Assembly: GCA_964525005.1 (NCBI GenBank)
Contig: CAZGEF010000002.1
Coordinates: forward strand, 183 to 64,182
DNA from: an uncultured Rhabdothermincola sp.
Lineage (GTDB): Bacteria; Actinomycetota; Acidimicrobiia; Acidimicrobiales; Acidimicrobilacustridaceae
Length of the DNA: 64,000 nucleotides
Direction of reading: 5' to 3'
Shown here: in pieces, positions 7,593 through 16,061 of the stretch
How positions within the stretch are numbered: position 1 is the first letter of the stretch
Layout: the number at the start of each line of letters is the position of its first letter
Program-made: the position numbers and the translations under genes
The notes under the pieces: model-generated
Seen by the model: the letters and a program-made list of their open reading frames with translations, nothing else
Told to the model about the DNA's origin: nothing
The model's database searches: none

Positions 7593-9295
7593 CCCCCACC
7601 CCCACGGACCACCCCATCGACCCCACCGTGCACCGACGCCGGTGGTGGATCCTCGTCGTGCTCTGCATGAGCCTGCTCATCGTGTTCGTGGGCAACTCGA
7701 GCCTCAACGTCACGATCCCGACCCTGTCCCGTGAGCTCGGTGCCACCGAGTCGCAGCTCCAGTGGGTCATCGCCATCTACTCGCTGGTGTTCGCCGGCCT
7801 GCTCTTCACCTCCGGCGCCATCGGCGACCGCTTCGGGCGCAAGGGGGCCCTCCAGTTCGGGCTCGTCCTGTTCCTCGTGGCCTGCGTGGGCGCCACGCTC
7901 TCCGACGAGATGTGGCAGCTCATCGCGGCGCGCGCCGTCATGGGCGTCGGTGCCGCGTTCATCATGCCGTCGACGTTGTCGATCCTCGTCAACGTCTTCG
8001 GCCCCGACGAACGGACCAAGGCCATCGCCATCTGGGCCGGGGTCACGGGGGCGGCCGGTGCGCTGGGACCGGTCGCCAGCGGGTTCCTCCTCGGTCACTT
8101 CTGGTTCGGCTCGGTCTTCCTCGTCAACGTGCCACTCGTGATCCTCGCGCTCGTGGCCGGGTGGTACCTGCTCCCCAAGTCGAAGGACCCCCAGCAGGGC
8201 AAGCTCGACCCCTTCGGGGCCGTGCTGTCGATCATCGGCATCGGGGCGCTCGTGTTCGGCCTCATCGAGGCCCCCGACAAGGGGTGGACCAGCGGTGTGA
8301 CCCTCGCCGCCTTCGCCGTCGGGCTCGTCGGCATCGCCGTGTTCGTCTGGTGGGAGCTGCGCTGCGACGAGCCGATGCTCGACATCCGCTTCTTCAAGAA
8401 CCCGGCGTTCAGCGTCGGTTCCAGCGGCATGATCCTCGTCTTCATGGCCATGTACGGCGTGATGTTCCTGCTCAGCCAGTACTTCCAGCTCATCCTCGAC
8501 TACAGCGCGCTGGGCACCGCCATGCGCCTGCTCCCGATGTCGCCGATCATGATCGTCGTCGCGCCGCTGACCCCGCGCCTCAGCGCCCGGTTCGGCGCCA
8601 ACCGGACCGTGGCGTTCGGCCTGGTCCTGGTGACGTTCGGCCTGCTCATGCTGCGCGAGCTGTCGACCGACACGTCGTACCTCTACATCCTGGTCTCGCT
8701 GTTCCCGCTCACCGCGGGGATCGCGCTCGCCATGTCACCGATGACCACGGCGATCATGACCGCGGTGCCCCCTCGTCGCGCCGGAGCCGGTTCCGCCATG
8801 AACGACGCGGCCCGGGAGCTGGGCGCCTCCCTCGGGGTGGCCGTCATGGGCAGCGTCGCCGCGACGCAGTACGGCGCGGCGGTCGCCAAGCTGACCACCT
8901 CCCTGCCCCACGACGCCCAGGCCAAGGCGAGCGCCTCGATCGCGGGCGCGTTGGACGTGGCGGCGCGGGTGCCGGGCTCGGCGGGCGAGCTCCTGCGTCG
9001 CGGCTCGGAGGCCGCGTTCGTCGACGGCGTGCACTTCGCCGTCACGGTGGGGGCCGCCCTGACCTTCGTCGCCGCGCTGCTGGTGTTGCGGTTCCTTCCC
9101 CGCCACCTGGCCCACACCGGCGCGATGCACGGCGCCGTCGAGGCCCTCGAGGACGCGGCCGAGCTCGGTCTGGGTGGCACGCCACCGGTGTTCCCCGACA
9201 CACCGGTGAGCGGCGAGCTCGTCGATGACGGCCCACACGACGGTCCGGCGAGCACGCCGACCGGCGGGCCGGTCGACCCGGCCGCCGTGGTGTGA
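7589..9295 (+). CDS. MFS transporter, DHA2 (EmrB/QacA-like, about 14 TMS) drug:H+ antiporter family
   Basis: Starts RRWWILVVLCMSLLIVFVGNSSLNVTIPTL, with GDRFGRKG (motif A) and many hydrophobic segments. It is coupled to the TetR gene. Confidence 0.9.
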   Translation: MTPTPTDHPIDPTVHRRRWWILVVLCMSLLIVFVGNSSLNVTIPTLSRELGATESQLQWVIAIYSLVFAGLLFTSGAIGDRFGRKGALQFGLVLFLVACVGATLSDEMWQLIAARAVMGVGAAFIMPSTLSILVNVFGPDERTKAIAIWAGVTGAAGALGPVASGFLLGHFWFGSVFLVNVPLVILALVAGWYLLPKSKDPQQGKLDPFGAVLSIIGIGALVFGLIEAPDKGWTSGVTLAAFAVGLVGIAVFVWWELRCDEPMLDIRFFKNPAFSVGSSGMILVFMAMYGVMFLLSQYFQLILDYSALGTAMRLLPMSPIMIVVAPLTPRLSARFGANRTVAFGLVLVTFGLLMLRELSTDTSYLYILVSLFPLTAGIALAMSPMTTAIMTAVPPRRAGAGSAMNDAARELGASLGVAVMGSVAATQYGAAVAKLTTSLPHDAQAKASASIAGALDVAARVPGSAGELLRRGSEAAFVDGVHFAVTVGAALTFVAALLVLRFLPRHLAHTGAMHGAVEALEDAAELGLGGTPPVFPDTPVSGELVDDGPHDGPASTPTGGPVDPAAVV

Positions 9296-9349
9296 GACCA
9301 GGCCGACCGCCACGACGAACGGCGCGCCGGCGCGCGACACTCTCGAACC

Positions 9350-9901
9350 GTGACCGGCACCGTGGCGCACGCATCGGGACCCGAGCACCCCTCGGCCGCC
9401 GAAGAGCCCCCTGACGATCCGGGTGGGGCCGACCGAACAGGCACCGCCCGGCGCCGCGGGCTGATCGGCCTCGCCACCGCGGTCGGCCTGGTGGTCGCCA
9501 CGCTGGCCGTCACCGGGTTCACCGGTCTGCCCGGACCGGGACCGGTCCAGCGGTATCCCTATCGAGACCTCGGCCGACTCGCCGGTCTCGTCAACGATCA
9601 GGCCGGCCCGATCCGGACCCCCGACGACTGCTGGCGCACGATCACCGGGGCTGACGGACCGCAGCGCGACATCGCCAAGGTCGACTACGTCCGCAGTCGC
9701 GTCGTGGTCCGGCTCTACTCGAGGCAGCTCGGCCGGATCGACAACAGCGTGCGCCACGTCGCCGAGCGGGAGATGAAGGCCGTGATCGAGGGCCACCCGG
9801 AGCTCAGCCGCGCCATGATCCTGGTCGAGGCGTCTCCCGACGGATGGTCTCCCAAGATCGCGTGTCGGACCGGAGCCGGCACCCGCATCTCCGGCTTCTG
9901 A
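9350..9901 (+). CDS. Hypothetical membrane-anchored protein
   Basis: GTG start, one TM helix (GLIGLATAVGLVVATLAVTGF) and good G/C third-position bias. No family recognised. Confidence 0.45.
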   Translation: MTGTVAHASGPEHPSAAEEPPDDPGGADRTGTARRRGLIGLATAVGLVVATLAVTGFTGLPGPGPVQRYPYRDLGRLAGLVNDQAGPIRTPDDCWRTITGADGPQRDIAKVDYVRSRVVVRLYSRQLGRIDNSVRHVAEREMKAVIEGHPELSRAMILVEASPDGWSPKIACRTGAGTRISGF

Positions 9902-9970
9902 CCCAGAGCTCGCGAGCATCCCCGCCCGGCGCGACCTCGGCCCCCCACCTGCCTGCCGGCAGCCTGCCTG

Positions 9971-12274
9971 TTGCCCCACGCGCCAGCCCGTGCAATAGCC
10001 TGCGGCATCAGCTCCGCCACGAGACCCGCGCTCCCACCCGATCCTTCACCCGGACCGTCCTCCGGTCCGGCCGCGCCGGCCGCGGGGCCCGGCAGGGATT
10101 CCCTGATCGACCTCGTCCGGGTGGTCGCGGTCATCCGCGTCGTGCTCTGGCACACCTGGTCGTGGGCCTGGTTGAGCTGGGTGCCAGCCATGCCGGCGAT
10201 GTTCTTCGCCACCGGGTCGCTCCTGCGGCGCTCGATCGAGGGACACGGCTGGTGGACCACACTGCACCGACGAGCGACCCGTCTCCTCATCCCGTACTGG
10301 TGCTACGCGGCGACCTGCATCGTGGCCATGGTCGCGTCCGGGTGGCGGCCCGGGGTCACCGACCTCCTGCCCTGGCTGGTCCCCCTCACCGACCCCGTGG
10401 GCAGCGCCACCATGCCCGGCCTGTGGATCCCGCTCTGGTACGTCCGGGCCTACATCTGGTTCGTCCTGGCAGGAGGCATCCTCACCTGGGTGGCGCGACG
10501 CCTGGGGGCCGGCTCCGTCGCCGTCGCCGCGGTCGTCGGCGTCGGGGTCTGGTACTGGGCCGAGAGGGGCAACGTCGTGTCGCTGGCGGTGGGCGACGCC
10601 GCGGCCTACGCGCCGTTCGTGCTCGCCGGCATGGTCTACCGACCCGGCGGTGGGAGCGTGCCCCGGCGCCTGACCGTCGCGGCTGCGCTCGCCGCCGGAG
10701 CGACGGCGCTGCTCGTGTGGCAGCGACTCGGGCCCGACGACGGCATCGTGAACCGCTCGTACCTGCTCACGATGCTCGTGGGCGCGGCCGGTCTCCTCCT
10801 GGTCGCGGCGTTCCGTGGTCCGCTCACCGGACAGGCGGACCGGTGGAAGGGCCCGATCGACCGGCTCAACCGTCGCGCGCTCACCATCTACCTCTGGCAG
10901 GGCTTCGGGCTCGTCGCCGCCCAGCACCTGGTCGACGATCGGGTCACATCGCTGCCGGTGCGGGCGGTCCTGTCCCTCGCCGTCGTCGTGACGATCGTGG
11001 TCGCGGCGGTCGTGGTCGTCGGACCGGTCGAGGACCTCGCGGCCCGGCGGCGGCGCGCTGCGCCGGGCCCTCGGCGACCCGCACGACGCGTGTCGCACGC
11101 CATCGTCCCCATCGGCTTGGCCCTCGCCGTCCTCGGCGTCGTCGCGGCCCCCGACACCAGCGCCGGCGTGCAGGCCCCCATGTCGGGGGTCGGCGTCGTC
11201 GCGCGCGCCGGGCTCATCGAGGACGCCCTCTCGTCGCAGGACGAGATGAGCGCCGCCGACCGCACCGCGCTGCGAGCAGCCCTCGGTGAGCAGTCGGTTC
11301 CCGAGGTGCTGCTCACCTGGGTCGACGGCAACCGCGACGCCCTCGACGCGATCGGCACCACCAGGGTGGACCTCGCGGTGACGGCACCGGACGGCTCCAC
11401 CGAGCGACTCCGTCTCGCCATCGACGGCGACGACGTGACCGTGACCCGCTACGGAGGCGACGACGCCCCCATCCCCTGGTGGTCGATGACGAAGGTCCTG
11501 ACCTCGGCCTGGCTGATGGAGCTCGTGCAGGACGGCACGGTGCGCCTCGACGACCCCGTGAGCCGCTGGATCCCCGACGTCCCGTCCGCCGCCGAGATGA
11601 CCCTCGAGCAACTGGCCCGTCACACGGCCGGCGTGCCGATCGACGAGGAGGTGGACCTCGTCGAGGCCGACCCGCGCGCCGACATCGACGCCTTCGTCGA
11701 GCGCGGCGAGCTGCGAAAGCCGCCGGGCGTGTCCTTCGCGTACTCGCGTACCGGGTACTTCGTGCTCGCGCTCGCCCTGGAACGGGCATCGGGAACCACC
11801 TGGAGCGAGGCCATGGAGTCCTTCGCGGCGAGGGCTGGCGTGCCGATCAGCTTCGACGAGGACGACTACCCCGCCGACCACGTGACCGACCCCGACGGGC
11901 ACGGCTACCGGGGTCGCCTCTGGTCCAGCGGCGGCGTGGCGCTCAAGCCGGCCGCCGGATCCCGGCTCGTGCACTGGATCTTCACCGAAGGGCTCGACCC
12001 GAGCTCCGTCGCGTCGATGTCGCGCTTCGCGCCGACGAGCGCCTACCGGTACTACGGCATCGGGCTGACGCCGCTGTGTCCCTGCGAGCGGGTCGACGAG
12101 TGGTTGCGGGCCGAGCGGTTCGGGCTGGACTCGGCGTCGGGCAGCTTCGCCGTCGACGGCTCGAGCGGTTCGGCCATCGTGGTCCATGCCGACCGGTGGT
12201 GGGACGACGAAGGTCCGGCCAAGCCGTTCTACGACCTGGAGTCCGTCGTGCTCGATCGGCTCGCCCTCTCCTGA
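9971..12274 (+). CDS. Acyltransferase-3 (membrane O-acyltransferase) domain fused to a beta-lactamase-fold serine hydrolase domain
   Basis: The N-terminal ~370 aa are polytopic with an AT3-type start, DSLIDLVRVVAVIRVVLWH. The C-terminal ~330 aa carry SxxK (WWSMTKVLTSAWLMELV), YSRTGY (YxN-like) and LARHTAGVP. The start is uncertain because the track start is TTG. Confidence 0.8.
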   Translation: MPHAPARAIACGISSATRPALPPDPSPGPSSGPAAPAAGPGRDSLIDLVRVVAVIRVVLWHTWSWAWLSWVPAMPAMFFATGSLLRRSIEGHGWWTTLHRRATRLLIPYWCYAATCIVAMVASGWRPGVTDLLPWLVPLTDPVGSATMPGLWIPLWYVRAYIWFVLAGGILTWVARRLGAGSVAVAAVVGVGVWYWAERGNVVSLAVGDAAAYAPFVLAGMVYRPGGGSVPRRLTVAAALAAGATALLVWQRLGPDDGIVNRSYLLTMLVGAAGLLLVAAFRGPLTGQADRWKGPIDRLNRRALTIYLWQGFGLVAAQHLVDDRVTSLPVRAVLSLAVVVTIVVAAVVVVGPVEDLAARRRRAAPGPRRPARRVSHAIVPIGLALAVLGVVAAPDTSAGVQAPMSGVGVVARAGLIEDALSSQDEMSAADRTALRAALGEQSVPEVLLTWVDGNRDALDAIGTTRVDLAVTAPDGSTERLRLAIDGDDVTVTRYGGDDAPIPWWSMTKVLTSAWLMELVQDGTVRLDDPVSRWIPDVPSAAEMTLEQLARHTAGVPIDEEVDLVEADPRADIDAFVERGELRKPPGVSFAYSRTGYFVLALALERASGTTWSEAMESFAARAGVPISFDEDDYPADHVTDPDGHGYRGRLWSSGGVALKPAAGSRLVHWIFTEGLDPSSVASMSRFAPTSAYRYYGIGLTPLCPCERVDEWLRAERFGLDSASGSFAVDGSSGSAIVVHADRWWDDEGPAKPFYDLESVVLDRLALS

Positions 12275-12320
12275 TCGCCCCGTATTCGCCGCCTGTCCGA
12301 CGACCGGGGCGACCGGTGGG

Positions 12321-13250
12321 TCAGGTCTCCGATCCGGCGGCGAGCCCGAGCGCGAGGTCGTAGACGCGACGCTTGGCCACGCCGAAGCGGCCGGCGACCT
12401 CGGCGACGGCATCTCGCGTCGACGCGCCGTTCCCGAGCCGCGTGCGGAGGGCGCCGACCAGCGCCTCGTCGTCGGCCGCGACCGGCGCGGGCGCACCCTC
12501 GACCACCAGGACGATCTCACCGCGCCGATCGGACGTCTCGGCCCAGTCCACCGCCTCGGCCAGCGTGCCGCGCCACACCTCCTCGTGGAGCTTCGTCAGC
12601 TCCCGGGCGACCGCGATCGGGCGGTTGGCCCCGCACACGTCGACCAGGTCGCGCAGCGTACGGGCGAGCCGGTGCGGGGCCTCGAAGACCACGACGGTGC
12701 GGCGCTCGCTCGCCACCTCGGCCAGTCGCTCCCGCCGGGTGCTGCCCTTGCGGGGGAGGAACCCCTCGAACACGAAGCGGCTCGTCGGCAGTCCGCTCAG
12801 CGCCAACGCGGCGACGGGGGCGGACGGGCCCGGCACGACCTCGACCGGCAGATCGGCCGCGAGGACCGCCGCCACCAGCCGCTCTCCCGGATCGGACACG
12901 GCGGGCATGCCCGCATCGGTGACGAGCACGACGCGCTCACCCCGCCCGATCCGCTCGATGACGGTGTGGGCCCGGTCCCGCTCGGTGTGGTCGTTCACCA
13001 CGATCAACGCGGGAGCGGCGATGCCGAGGTGGCTCAGCAAGCGCCCGGTGCGACGCGTGTCCTCGCACGCGATCGCATCGGCCCCTCCGAGCTCGTCGAC
13101 GGCACGGAAGGTCAGGTCGCCGAGGTTGCCGATCGGCGTCCCGACGAGCACGAGCGCGGCCCGACGCCCGGTCGCCGGGCGCTCGGGTACGGGACCAGGA
13201 CCAGCGGCAGGACCAGGAACGCTCCCGTCCTCGGGGCCCTCGGCCGTCAC
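12321..13250 (-). CDS. rsmI: 16S rRNA (cytidine1402-2'-O)-methyltransferase
   Basis: Tetrapyrrole-methylase fold with LVLVGTPIGNLGDLTFRAVDELGGADAIACEDTRRTGRLL. Confidence 0.9.
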   Translation of the reverse strand: MTAEGPEDGSVPGPAAGPGPVPERPATGRRAALVLVGTPIGNLGDLTFRAVDELGGADAIACEDTRRTGRLLSHLGIAAPALIVVNDHTERDRAHTVIERIGRGERVVLVTDAGMPAVSDPGERLVAAVLAADLPVEVVPGPSAPVAALALSGLPTSRFVFEGFLPRKGSTRRERLAEVASERRTVVVFEAPHRLARTLRDLVDVCGANRPIAVARELTKLHEEVWRGTLAEAVDWAETSDRRGEIVLVVEGAPAPVAADDEALVGALRTRLGNGASTRDAVAEVAGRFGVAKRRVYDLALGLAAGSET

Positions 13251-13588
13251 GACACCTCTCCCTCACGGATCTCGACGACATCGCCCACGGCGAGGCCCCA
13301 TCGCTCCAACGATCCGGCCTCGGCCTCGACGACCGACCGTGACCGCCACACGACCCGGCTGAACCGGTTCGGCCGCAGGGTGCTCACGTGGAGCACCCGC
13401 CGTTCGGCGTCGAGGAACGCCACGTCGATGGCGAACCGCATGCGCACCGTGTGGACCGAACGGGCCGGAGCGAGCAGGATCGCGCCCTCGATCCCGTCGC
13501 GTCCGAGCAGGCCTCGGGTGCGGGTGCCGACCGAATCGGCGACCTCGACCGTGGCGAGCACCCGACCGTCGCACACGAGCCACGCCAT
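13247..13588 (-). CDS. DUF192 domain protein
   Basis: 113 aa with TRTRGLLGR...ILLAPARSVHTVRMRFAIDVAFLD, typical of DUF192. 4-nt overlap with rsmI. Confidence 0.7.
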   Translation of the reverse strand: MAWLVCDGRVLATVEVADSVGTRTRGLLGRDGIEGAILLAPARSVHTVRMRFAIDVAFLDAERRVLHVSTLRPNRFSRVVWRSRSVVEAEAGSLERWGLAVGDVVEIREGEVS

Positions 13589-13591
13589 CGC

Positions 13592-14701
13592 CTACACGTT
13601 GAACCGGATGTCGAGGACGTCGCCGTCGACGACCTCGTAGTCCTTGCCCTCGACGCGCAGCGTGCCGGCGTCACGGGCCTTGGCCCAGGACCCCGCCTCG
13701 AGCAGCTCGTCCCAGTGGATGACCTCGGCCCGGATGAAGCCCCGCTCGAAGTCGGTGTGGATGACCCCCGCGGCCTGCGGCGCCTTCCAACCGGCCCGGA
13801 ACGTCCACGCCCGGGTCTCCTTCTCGCCCGTGGTGAAGAAGGTGCGCAGACCGAGCATGCGATACGCGGTGTGGAGGAAGGTCGGCAGCGCACCCTGGCC
13901 CAGCCCGAACGCCTCGAGCATCTCGGCCCGCTCGTCGGGCGCGACCTGGGCCGCTTCGGCCTCAAGCTGGACGCACATCGGCACGACGTTCTGCTCGGCG
14001 CCCAGGTCGCCACCGGATGCATCGCGGATGCCGGTGAGCTCGGCCCTGACGGGGGCGGCGAGCTCGTCGCCTCGTTCGAGGTCGTCCTCGCTCACGTTGA
14101 CGATGGCGAGCACCGGCTTGTTGGTGAGCAGGAAGTAGGGCTTGAGCAGGCCACGGGTCTCCGCGTCGAGATCGCTGCGGTACAGCGGGCTGCCTTCGGA
14201 GAGGACGGCGAGCGCCTGGTCGAGTGCTGCCACCTCCTCGACGAGGGTCTTGTCGCCCTTCGCCGCCTTTCGCTTCTTGTCGATCTGGTTCTCGACGGTC
14301 TCGAGGTCGGCGAGCGCGAGCTCGGTCTCGACGATGCGCAGGTGCTCGAGCGGGTCGGACGGGCCGGGGACGTCGTCGTCGACGAAGGCCCGCAGCACGA
14401 AGACGATGGCGTCGACCTCGCGGATGTTGGCCAGGAACTTGTTGCCCAGGCCCTCACCCGTGCTGGCCCCCTCGACCAGCCCCCCGATGTCGACGAACTG
14501 CACCGACGCCGGAACGATCTTCTTGGTGTTGCTCATGGCCGACAGGAGATCGAGCCGCTCGTCGACCACCTTGGCCATGCCGACGTTGGGCTCCTTGGTG
14601 GCGAACGCATAGGGCGCGGCGAGCGCGCTCGCCCCCGACAGCGCGTTGTACAGCGATGACTTCCCCGCGTTGGGGAGTCCGACGAACCCGAACTTTTCCA
14701 C
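13592..14701 (-). CDS. ychF: Ribosome-binding ATPase YchF
   Basis: P-loop GFVGLPNAGKSSLYNAL, NKFLANIREVDAIVFVLR, and a C-terminal TGS-like FIRAEVI...GKDYEVVDGDVLDIRFNV. Confidence 0.95.
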   Translation of the reverse strand: MEKFGFVGLPNAGKSSLYNALSGASALAAPYAFATKEPNVGMAKVVDERLDLLSAMSNTKKIVPASVQFVDIGGLVEGASTGEGLGNKFLANIREVDAIVFVLRAFVDDDVPGPSDPLEHLRIVETELALADLETVENQIDKKRKAAKGDKTLVEEVAALDQALAVLSEGSPLYRSDLDAETRGLLKPYFLLTNKPVLAIVNVSEDDLERGDELAAPVRAELTGIRDASGGDLGAEQNVVPMCVQLEAEAAQVAPDERAEMLEAFGLGQGALPTFLHTAYRMLGLRTFFTTGEKETRAWTFRAGWKAPQAAGVIHTDFERGFIRAEVIHWDELLEAGSWAKARDAGTLRVEGKDYEVVDGDVLDIRFNV

Positions 14702-14746
14702 GGCGGGTCACGTTACAGCTTGGCGACACCCCTCCCTCCTGGCGTA

Positions 14747-14790
14747 CTGGCTGGGAAGACGCGCCGCATTTGGCACGTCTTCCCAGCCAG
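14747..14790. promoter_or_regulatory. Perfect 15-bp inverted repeat (14-nt spacer) in the divergent ychF / PHP-gene control region
   Basis: ctggctgggaagacg (14747-14761) pairs with cgtcttcccagccag (14776-14790). Both flanking genes point away from it, so it is not a terminator position. Confidence 0.5.
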
Positions 14791-14821
14791 AAGCGTCGTC
14801 GTCGGGGGTCGGTAGGGTGGC

Positions 14822-15907
14822 GTGATGGCCTCACCTGCTCCGGTCCGCTCGCCGGCCGCCGACCTCCGTCGGGTCATGTACCTCCTCGACCGGGCGCTCG
14901 CGCCCTCCCAGAAGGTCCGGGCCTTCACCAAGGCCGCGGACCTGGTCGACGAGCTCGGCGACGACGAGGTCGCCGCCCGCGTCCAGGACGGGACGCTCGA
15001 GGACCTGCCCGGCATCGGCTCGTCGACCGGCCAGGTCATCACCGACGCCGTGCTCGGCGACGAGCCGCGGTACCTCACGCGCCTCGAGGACGGGACGGCG
15101 ATCGAGCTGTCCCCCGAGGCCCGCCCCTACCGCGACGCGCTGCGGGGCGACTGCCACTCGCATTCCACCTGGAGCGACGGCGGCGCCTCGGTCGAGGCCA
15201 TGGCCCGCACCGCCATCGACCTCGGCCACGACTACCTCGTGCTCACCGACCACTCACCCCGCCTCACCGTGGCGCACGGCCTCGACCGCGACCGGCTGCT
15301 CGCCCAACTCGACGAGGTCGACCACGTCAACGCGACGCTGGCGCCGTTCCGCATCCTCACCGGCATCGAGGTCGACATCTTCGAGGACGGCTCGCTCGAT
15401 CAGGACGTCGACCTCCTCGAGCGCCTCGACGTCGTCGTGGCCAGCGCCCACTCGAAGCTCAAGATGGACGGCAAGGACATGACCAAGCGCCTCGTCATGG
15501 CCGTCGCCAACCCCCATGTCGACATCCTCGGCCACTGCACGGGCCGCAAGCTCAAGCCCACCCGCACCAAGAGCGGCGTACCCACGCTCGGCACCTCCGA
15601 GGTCGTACGGGCCCAGTCGAACTTCGACGCCGAGGTCGTGTTCGCCGCCTGCGCCCAGTTCGACACGGCGGTCGAGATCAACTGCCGCCCCGAGCGACAG
15701 GACCCGCCCGACGAGCTGCTCGCCCTCGCCCTCGAGTGGGACTGCAAGGTCGCCATCGACACCGACGCGCATGCCCCCGGCCAGCTGGAGTGGCAGGCCT
15801 ACGGATGCGAGAAGGCGGCGGCCCACGAGGTCCCCATCGAGCGCATCGTCAACACCTGGGGAGCCGACGACCTGCTCGGTTGGGCCGCGGGCCACGCGAA
15901 CGCCTAG
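14822..15907 (+). CDS. PHP-domain phosphoesterase with N-terminal PolX-like helix-hairpin-helix region (no polymerase core)
   Basis: Contains LEDLPGIGSSTGQVITDAV (HhH), then GDCHSHSTWSDGGASVEAM...LVLTDHSP...DILGHCTGR...AIDTDAH (PHP metal ligands). Confidence 0.85.
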   Translation: MMASPAPVRSPAADLRRVMYLLDRALAPSQKVRAFTKAADLVDELGDDEVAARVQDGTLEDLPGIGSSTGQVITDAVLGDEPRYLTRLEDGTAIELSPEARPYRDALRGDCHSHSTWSDGGASVEAMARTAIDLGHDYLVLTDHSPRLTVAHGLDRDRLLAQLDEVDHVNATLAPFRILTGIEVDIFEDGSLDQDVDLLERLDVVVASAHSKLKMDGKDMTKRLVMAVANPHVDILGHCTGRKLKPTRTKSGVPTLGTSEVVRAQSNFDAEVVFAACAQFDTAVEINCRPERQDPPDELLALALEWDCKVAIDTDAHAPGQLEWQAYGCEKAAAHEVPIERIVNTWGADDLLGWAAGHANA

Positions 15908-15918
15908 CTTGGTCCGCC

Positions 15919-15999
15919 ATGTCGAAGCGCACCCAGAAGAAGAAGGCCAAGCAGCGTCGGACCAAGGCGAACCACGGCAAGAAGCCCAACGGCAGCTGA
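15919..15999 (+). CDS. Probable 50S ribosomal protein bL37 (26-aa basic peptide)
   Basis: Translates to MSKRTQKKKAKQRRTKANHGKKPNGS. Not listed on its own in the ORF track; it sits at the end of spurious ORF 14224..15999. The MSKR...KANHGK(R/K)PN pattern matches my recollection of actinobacterial bL37 peptides. Confidence 0.6.
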   Translation: MSKRTQKKKAKQRRTKANHGKKPNGS

Positions 16000-16061
16000 C
16001 GCGCCCGTCCGGAGCAGCCCGACCGGCGAACGCAACGCCTGCAGCGCCCGGCCCTGACGTC

